This document shows positions 57,021 through 64,000 of a stretch of DNA of 64,000 nucleotides, piece by piece. Under the pieces are notes generated by a model, which worked only from the letters and a program-made list of their open reading frames with translations, had not been told where the DNA came from and searched no databases. The stretch comes from the human T2T-CHM13v2.0 reference genome, Homo sapiens, in NCBI RefSeq assembly GCF_009914755.1, contig NC_060930.1; one strand, written 5' to 3'. Both the position numbers and the translations under genes were made by a program. Each line of letters opens with the position of its first letter. Position 1 is the stretch's first letter.

Positions 57021-59791
57021 TGTGTTGGGCTGTTCTTGCCTTGCTGTAAAGAAATACCTGAGGCTGGGTTCCTTACAAGAAAAGGGGTTTAATTGGCTCA
57101 AGGCTCTGCAGTTTGTACAGGAAACACAGTGCAGGCACTGGCATTTAGTGAGGGCCTCAGGAAGCTTCCAGTGGTAGAAGGTGAGGGGGAGAGCAGGTGT
57201 CTCATATGGCATGTGTAGGAGAAAGAGAGTGGGAGATGCCACACAATGTTAAACAATCAGATCTTGCATGAACTCACTCAAAACAAAGGTGATGGTGCTA
57301 AGCCATTCATGAAGGATATGCCCCCATGATCCCCATACTTTCCACCAGGCCTTACCTCCAGCACTGGAGATTACATTTCAACATGATATTTGGAGAGTAC
57401 ACAGATCCAAACTATATTATTCTGCCCTGGTCCCCACAAATCTCATGTCCTTCTCACATTGCAAGATAAAATTCTCTCTTCACAATAGTCCCCCCAAAGC
57501 CAGAACTCATTCCAGCATTAACTCAGAAGTCCTAAGTCTCAAGTCCGAAATCTCATTTGGAAATGAGTTTCTTTCACCCATGAGACCGTAAAATCAAACC
57601 AAGTTATTTACTTCAAAGATACAATGGGGGTATGGGCATTAGGTAGACATTCTCTGCCCAGAAGGGAGAAATTGGCCAAAAGAAAAGGGCTATGGGCTCC
57701 ACACAAGTCTGAAACCCAGCAGAACAGTCATTATACCTTAAAGCTCCAAAATGATCTCTTTTGACTCCATGTCCCACATCCAGGGCACACTGCTGCAAGG
57801 GGGTGGGCTCCCAAGGTGTTGGGCAGCTCTGTCCCTATGTCCTTTGAGGGTTGAGCCACCACAGCTGCTTTTACAGGTTGGAGTTGAGTGCCAATAGGTT
57901 TTCCAGGTGCATCATGGAAGCTGATTGTGGATATACCATTATGGGGTCTGGTGGATGGTGACTCCTTTCCCACAGTTCCACTAGGTATGTTCCAGTGGGA
58001 CCTCTGTGCTGGGGCTCTAACCCCACCTTTTTCCTCCTCCCTACCCTAGTAGAGGTTTTCTGTGAGGACCCTGTTCCTGTGGCAGGCTTCTGCTTAGGTA
58101 CCCTAGGCTTTTCTATACATCCTCTGAAATCTCAGTGGAGACTGCCAAGCTTCCTTCACTCTTGTCCTCTGTGCACCTTCAGGCTTAATACCACATTGAA
58201 GCCACCAAAGCTTACAGCTTTTACCTTCTGGAGTGTTGGTCTGAGCTGTATCTAGGCACCTTTGAGCTAGAGCTGTAGAGTGGGGATGCAGGGAGCAGCC
58301 ACCCTAGGTGGCACAAGGCGTTTGTGCTCCTGGCCTGACCCAGGAAACCATTCTGTTCTTCTGGGCCTCTGGACTTGTGATGGGAGGCGTTATCTTGGAA
58401 GATCTCTGAAATGGCTTGGAGGACTTTTTCCCATTGTCTTGGCTATTAGTTCATAGCTCCCTTTTAGTTATGCAAATTTCTCTAGCAAGTGGTTGCTCTG
58501 CGGCCTGCTTGGATTCTTCCCCTGAAAAGGGGCTTTTCTTTTCTACCATGTTGCCAGGCTGCAAATTTTTCACACTTTTATACTTCTGCTTCCCTTTTAA
58601 ATATGAGCTTCAATTTTAGGTCATTTGTTTGCTCGCACATCTAAGCATAGGATGTTAGAAGCAGCCACACCACATATTGAACACTTTGCTTCTTAGAAAT
58701 TTCCTCCACAAGATACCATAAATCATCACTATGAAGTCCAAACTTCCACAGATCCCCACAGCATGAACAGAATGCAGCCAAACTCTTTGCTAAGGGATAA
58801 CACACATGACTTTTGCTACAGTTTCCAATAAGTTCCTTATTTCCATTTGAGACCTCTTCATCCTGACTTCCCTGTCCATGTCACTATCAGCATTTTGGCC
58901 ACAACCATTTAACCAGTCTCTAAGAAGATCCAAACCTTTGTTTTTTTTTTTTTGTTTGTTTGTTTTTTGAGACAGAGTCTTGCTCTGTCCCCCAGGCTGG
59001 AGTGCAGTGGTGTGATCTTGGCTCACTGCAAGCTCCGCCTCCTGGGTTCACACCATTCTCCTGCCTCAGCCTCCTGAGTAGCTGAGACTACAGGTGTCCA
59101 CCACCACGGGCAATTTTTTTGTATTTTTAGTAGAGATGGGGTTTCACTGTGTTAGCCAGGATGGTCTTGATCTCCTGACCTCATGATCTGCCCGCCTTGG
59201 CCTCCCAAAGTGCTGGATTACAGGCACAAGCCACTGCACCCAGCACCAGAAGATCCAAACTTTCTTTGATATTCTTGTCTTCTTCTGAGTCCTCCAGAAT
59301 CTTTCAACCTCTTCCCATTCCAAAATTTCTTCCACATTTTCAGGTATACTTATATCAATGCTCCACTCCTCAGTACCATTTTTTTGTGTTAGGCTATTTG
59401 TTCTTGCATTGCTATAAAATTACCTGAGGGTGGGTAATTTATAAGAAAAGAGGTATAGTTGGCTCATGGCTTTGCAGGCTGTGTAGGAAACATAGTACTG
59501 GCATCAGCTTCTGGTGAGGGCCTTAGGAAGCTTCTAATCATGATAGTAGGTGAAGGTGGAACAGGTATCTCACATGGCATGGGTAGGAGCAAGAGAGAGC
59601 GAGTAGGAGGTGCCACACATTTTTAAACAATTGGATCTCACATAAACTCACTCATAATAAAGGGGATGGCACTAAGCCATTCATGAGGGATATACCCCCA
59701 TGATTCCAATGCCTTCCACCAGGCCTCACCTGCAACACTGGGGATTGCATTTCAACATTAGATTTGGGGAAGACATATCCAAACCATATCA
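57021..59791 (-). mobile_element. Complete MST (MaLR) element: LTR 57021-57419, internal region, LTR 59385-59791
   Basis: Two homologous MST LTRs flank MaLR-internal sequence; 5-bp TSD atgat/atggt. Confidence 0.93.
58937..59244 (-). mobile_element. Alu (AluY/Sc-like) inside the MST internal region
   Basis: Complete Alu; TSD agaagatccaaac on both sides. Confidence 0.97.
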
Positions 59792-59859
59792 ATGGTAATG
59801 GCTTTTCACTGTATAGGATATTAGCAGATGAAGTGGTGATAAAACTTTAGATTTTCTAT

Positions 59860-60260
59860 GCTAGAACCTCAGAGTTTCAATGCTGCAAGGGACTTTGAAA
59901 GCTTTTAATACAATATCCTAATATTGATAAGAAGAAATTGATACCCAGGAATGCTAAGTGACTAAATCAAAGGTAACAGAGTACAACTGGGCCCTTAGGC
60001 ATTTAGCAGTGATAATGAGTCTTTTTCACTGATAGGCAGAATGGTTTGGTAAAAGGCTTTAGAGCCTGGTAGACTTGGGCTTGAAACCTGGTAAGGCTAC
60101 TTATGGCCATGTGCCTTAGAAAAGTTATTTAACAGGCTTCTCTACATCCATAAACTGGGGGTAATAGGACTTAATCTGATAGGGCTACTGTAGATAGAAG
60201 TAGACATAATTATGTAAAATATCTGATTCAAAGTAGGCTTTAAACCAGTGTTAACTATCA
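59860..60260. mobile_element. Two degenerate MIR fragments
   Basis: gaaattgatacccagggaatgctaagtgact (minus) and aagttatttaac...cataaactgggggtaata (plus). Confidence 0.55.
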
Positions 60261-60487
60261 GAGTTTATTATCAAAAGAAATGCTGTTATTATTTGTTGTA
60301 GATTCATTACATTTGAGTTTTTTCAAAATAGATCAATTTTTTTTCTGTTCTTTAGAATGAATTTTGATATGAGGTTATTTTGATCTTATATTACTTTCAT
60401 TATTGATCATGTTTTCCTGTTGAGTGCTTTGAATTAAATTACATCAGAGGAATATGAATACATATAATTTTTGTTTTTTTTTTTAAG

Positions 60488-60521
60488 AAAAGGAAAAAAA
60501 TTGTGGATATTTGCTCACCAG
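60488..60521 (+). other. Candidate 34-nt exon with GC donor
   Basis: Long T tract ttttgttttttttttttaag| and consensus GC-type donor cag|gcaagt. Confidence 0.3.
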
Positions 60522-61219
60522 GCAAGTTTTTATTCATCATTTCAAATCTAAGAATAGAATGAGGATCTATGTGCTATTGTATTTGTGAAAGGAAATAATG
60601 CTACCATCTTGATAGAATGAAAAGGGATGATTTGGCTGGAAAATAAACTATAGAGGATAAAAAAAGATGATCAAATATTGGAGAATAACTTCAAATGTTG
60701 AAAAAGCAGATAAAAAAGTACATTTAATTGAAGATGGCCCTTAAAGAACTTAGTGATAATATTGAACTGTTAAAATATTCATAATGATTATCAACAAAGC
60801 TGAAGATAAATAGCTAAAAAAACAGGTGAAATAATGGAAATGGTAAATACATGTTAAGTGAACAAATTATAAAATATTATGTTTATATAAAGTGGTAGTA
60901 GGAACTTTTAAAAATGAAGTAAGGGTATGATATGGATTTTTTAGTTTTGCTGAAATCTTTTGCCTTCATTCGATTAAAGAAAAAGACAATATTCAATTCT
61001 ATGGTTTTAAAGAAAGGACTAGGAAAAAGACGTAAAAATGTAAGTTGTTGGACTAAGAAAAATAGGAAAATTTCAAAAGGGCCAGATACATACTGCTTTC
61101 TGACTCTCAATGAATGTTTAATGCTGTTGGGTTTAGGTAATGGATAGATAAATATTTTAGCTTGCCTATTCACATCCACAATGCAGCAGAACCGGAAGAG
61201 TCCAGTCTGCAGCCCTCTT

Positions 61220-61315
61220 TCAGGAGTTTGGATTTATTAGACTGGGATAGGGCCTAGAAATCTGCATCCTAAAAAATTTCTTCAGATAATTTGCAACTAA
61301 ACTTGGGAAGTACTG
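61220..61315. mobile_element. MER5A-like DNA transposon fragment
   Basis: gatttattagactgggatagggcctagaaatctgcat...ttgggaagtactg. Confidence 0.55.
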
Positions 61316-64000
61316 CAACATGTTAAAATATCAATTATGTTAGGAAAAATGAATATTGTGCTTTAGTTACATAGAATAAATTGTTCTAGACTCTTGGAAG
61401 CATAGATGATCATTTCCTAGATCCTCTTCTCAAAGAACTTAATCTGTTAGAAGATAGTTGCCCTAACAATCTCTTAAGAAAAGTACTCTTACATTAGCTA
61501 AATGTAAGAGTAGATTACTTTCCTTTTGGAAAGGAGAAATGTAAGAGAGCAGGCTTTCTGAATAAAGTTTTGATAAACTATTAGGTCTTAATAGGATCCA
61601 TGGGAAAAAGGCTTTCCAGGAATGAACAATAATGTGAGCACCAGCAACAAAATCTGCTCAGAGTAGATTTGGAGAAAGGCAAATCATTTTAGTTTAGAAG
61701 ATATTGATGGCCAAATATTCATTCAGTCAATAAATATTTATGGAGAGCAAACCAGGAGAAAAATAGTTGTAGTATGAAGAGAGAGAAGTAATTAGATTCA
61801 AATGATACTCAACTAGAACTTAAAGATTAATAAAATGTAGGCTAGAACTTAATGATTAATTGGGTTTGGGCAGGATGTGAATGAGGGAGAGGACGAAAAG
61901 ATCACTTGAAATTTCTGGTGCAAACCACTGCCTGTGTTACAATAATAGGTACTGGTTTTTGGATGCCTCTTATAGACACTGAACTTGCTCATTTGACTTG
62001 GTTTCACTTAAACTTTTTGACAGTGCAGTACAGTGGGAAATACAGCACCTTTGTTGATACTAGAGATAGTCATATTATCATGAATGGATAAGGAACATTT
62101 TCCATACTTGACAGGACCACTTTCATTCATTTTCTCTCCTATTAAAGAAATCAGGAACAGTACAATACATTGATTAATATTCCACTACTGTCAATGGGAA
62201 ATGATACATTCCAATTCATATTCAAAATAAAAATATTTTAAATTATCATTGCTTTACCTAAGATACTTAATTTTGGTTAACAACAGTCCTCTCATTGGAG
62301 ATCAACTATGATTGTGCTTAAGATTGAACTTAAGAATTCATTAATACTGTTTATTACTCTCAATTTAGTTTCATGCTCTTGGACAAAGTTATTTATTTTA
62401 AAATAATAATCCCCTAAACCACTTATTATCAGGAGTTATGAAAACAAATGGAGATATTTTAGGGTGTGCAAATCAAATGTATTTTCCTCTTAATTTTCAC
62501 TAAGAGAAGGGATGAGTTTTTAAATATAATCTCAGGAAGAGCTCATGTTCCCTCTCCAAAAAGTATGCTTTTTCACAGACATTAAAAATTCAGAAACAGA
62601 GTAAAATTAGAAAATCAAAGATTATTATGAATAAACATAATGCTCTTTCATAGTTTCTATTTTATTTTTCATTATAATTTATGGCATTATGAATTTTGTA
62701 AAAGAATTTGGTCAGAATTTAAAAAAAAAAAAAAGGAACCTAGTGTAATCGCCAATTCTAACTTTAATGACCAATTTATTGGAAGTTAAGCAGGAGAGCC
62801 ACAGGATGAATACATGTATAATTACAATAATTCTCAACCAGAATATCATGCCAGGGTGTGGTTCCAAAGCACACAGTTCAGTGCTGCTCATACTTGCCCC
62901 CCAAATTTAGTTAGCACACATTTTTGCTTGAAGAAAGAACATCCTGTCAAAGTCTAGTTTAAGTCTGTAGTCACCAGTGATGACATGGAAGAAATTTAAA
63001 TTCTACTGCCTAAAGACCCTGGGGCATGGGAGAGGTTTATAAGTAAGGCCACATTCTGCTCTTACCCAAACATCCCATCAGCCTTGGATCCTGCTAAATT
63101 CAATAGCGACTAGAGACAAGACTGTGTACCTCAGAGTCATTTGAAGTGTCTGTAATTAAGAGGATTAGAAAAATTTGGAGATACTGTAAATATTAATATA
63201 CAGATGTATAAACAGCCTTGAGGTTGAAGTAATGGTATAAGTTGCAATTTTTGTCATGTTCATAGAGAAGAAACTGCTATCATTAATTTCTTTTCTATTC
63301 AACTTCAGTACATAGATTAGAGGAATGTCTTGTCTATGAATAAACAAAACTATTTATCAGACCCATATGAAAATAGTAATATAGCTAGGTTAGATAGATA
63401 GATAGATATCAACTTATTTCAACTACTGTTCAGAAGGTTGGGACAAGAATGTATGCTTAGTCTTTAGACCTGTGTCTTCTCCCATTTCTTGGTTTCTAGT
63501 AGTGAGGGGTGACAACCACAGTTAGAGCACAACCAGTGGAGACTACATTGGGGGCTGGATGAGGCCTAAGGCCTGCAGTTAACACTCTGGGTAATCAATT
63601 ACTCAATCCATTTCTGTGAGACTAAAAGACATACTGCCAATAACAAGACAACATGTTTTTTTTTTTTATTATAGAACAAAGGAAAGTAAAATAAAAGCCA
63701 AGTGCAACCAGCAATTCATTACCAATGTAGTTAACACTGATTAATATACAAAGGTCATTTGCAGTTGTGCTTTCAGTCCTCATGATCCATTTGCCTCCAG
63801 GTTAATATTGTCCTCTTGCTTACTATTGTTAGTGAGAATTATAAGCAGCAAGCTCTTTTGGGTCCGAGCTATTTTGTGTCTTATTAATAGCCATCTTCCT
63901 ACAGTAGAATAGTTTGATTCATCTCTCCCATGGAGCAAAACCTACTGCCTATTTCCATGCCCACCACCATCCTGGCTGTCTCTGTACAACACCCACTTTA

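Overview
AT-rich, transposon-dense primate (most likely human) DNA, either intronic or intergenic. I recognise no protein-coding gene. The long ORFs in the track map to Alu, L1, LTR or CR1/L3 remnants or to simple repeats. Main contents: 13 Alu copies plus a FLAM; a nested L1 stack at about 18.9-29.5 kb (an L1PA13-16-type element inside an L1MA-type element, with MLT2A, MER4A-like and Alu inserts); a 5'-inverted L1PB; a two-LTR MST (MaLR) element; two independent solo LTR7 (HERV-H) LTRs about 870 bp apart; a U6 retropseudogene; and a ~520 bp expanded AT-rich minisatellite inside an MLT2A LTR. Smaller signals are an exact 25-bp doublet 2.17 kb apart, templated inverted-repeat scars near the LTR7 pair, and a few plus-strand exon-like segments with good splice sites. 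I see no convincing evidence of a new biological system. Subfamily names come from recalled consensus sequences and need Dfam/RepeatMasker confirmation. Boundaries of old elements are approximate.
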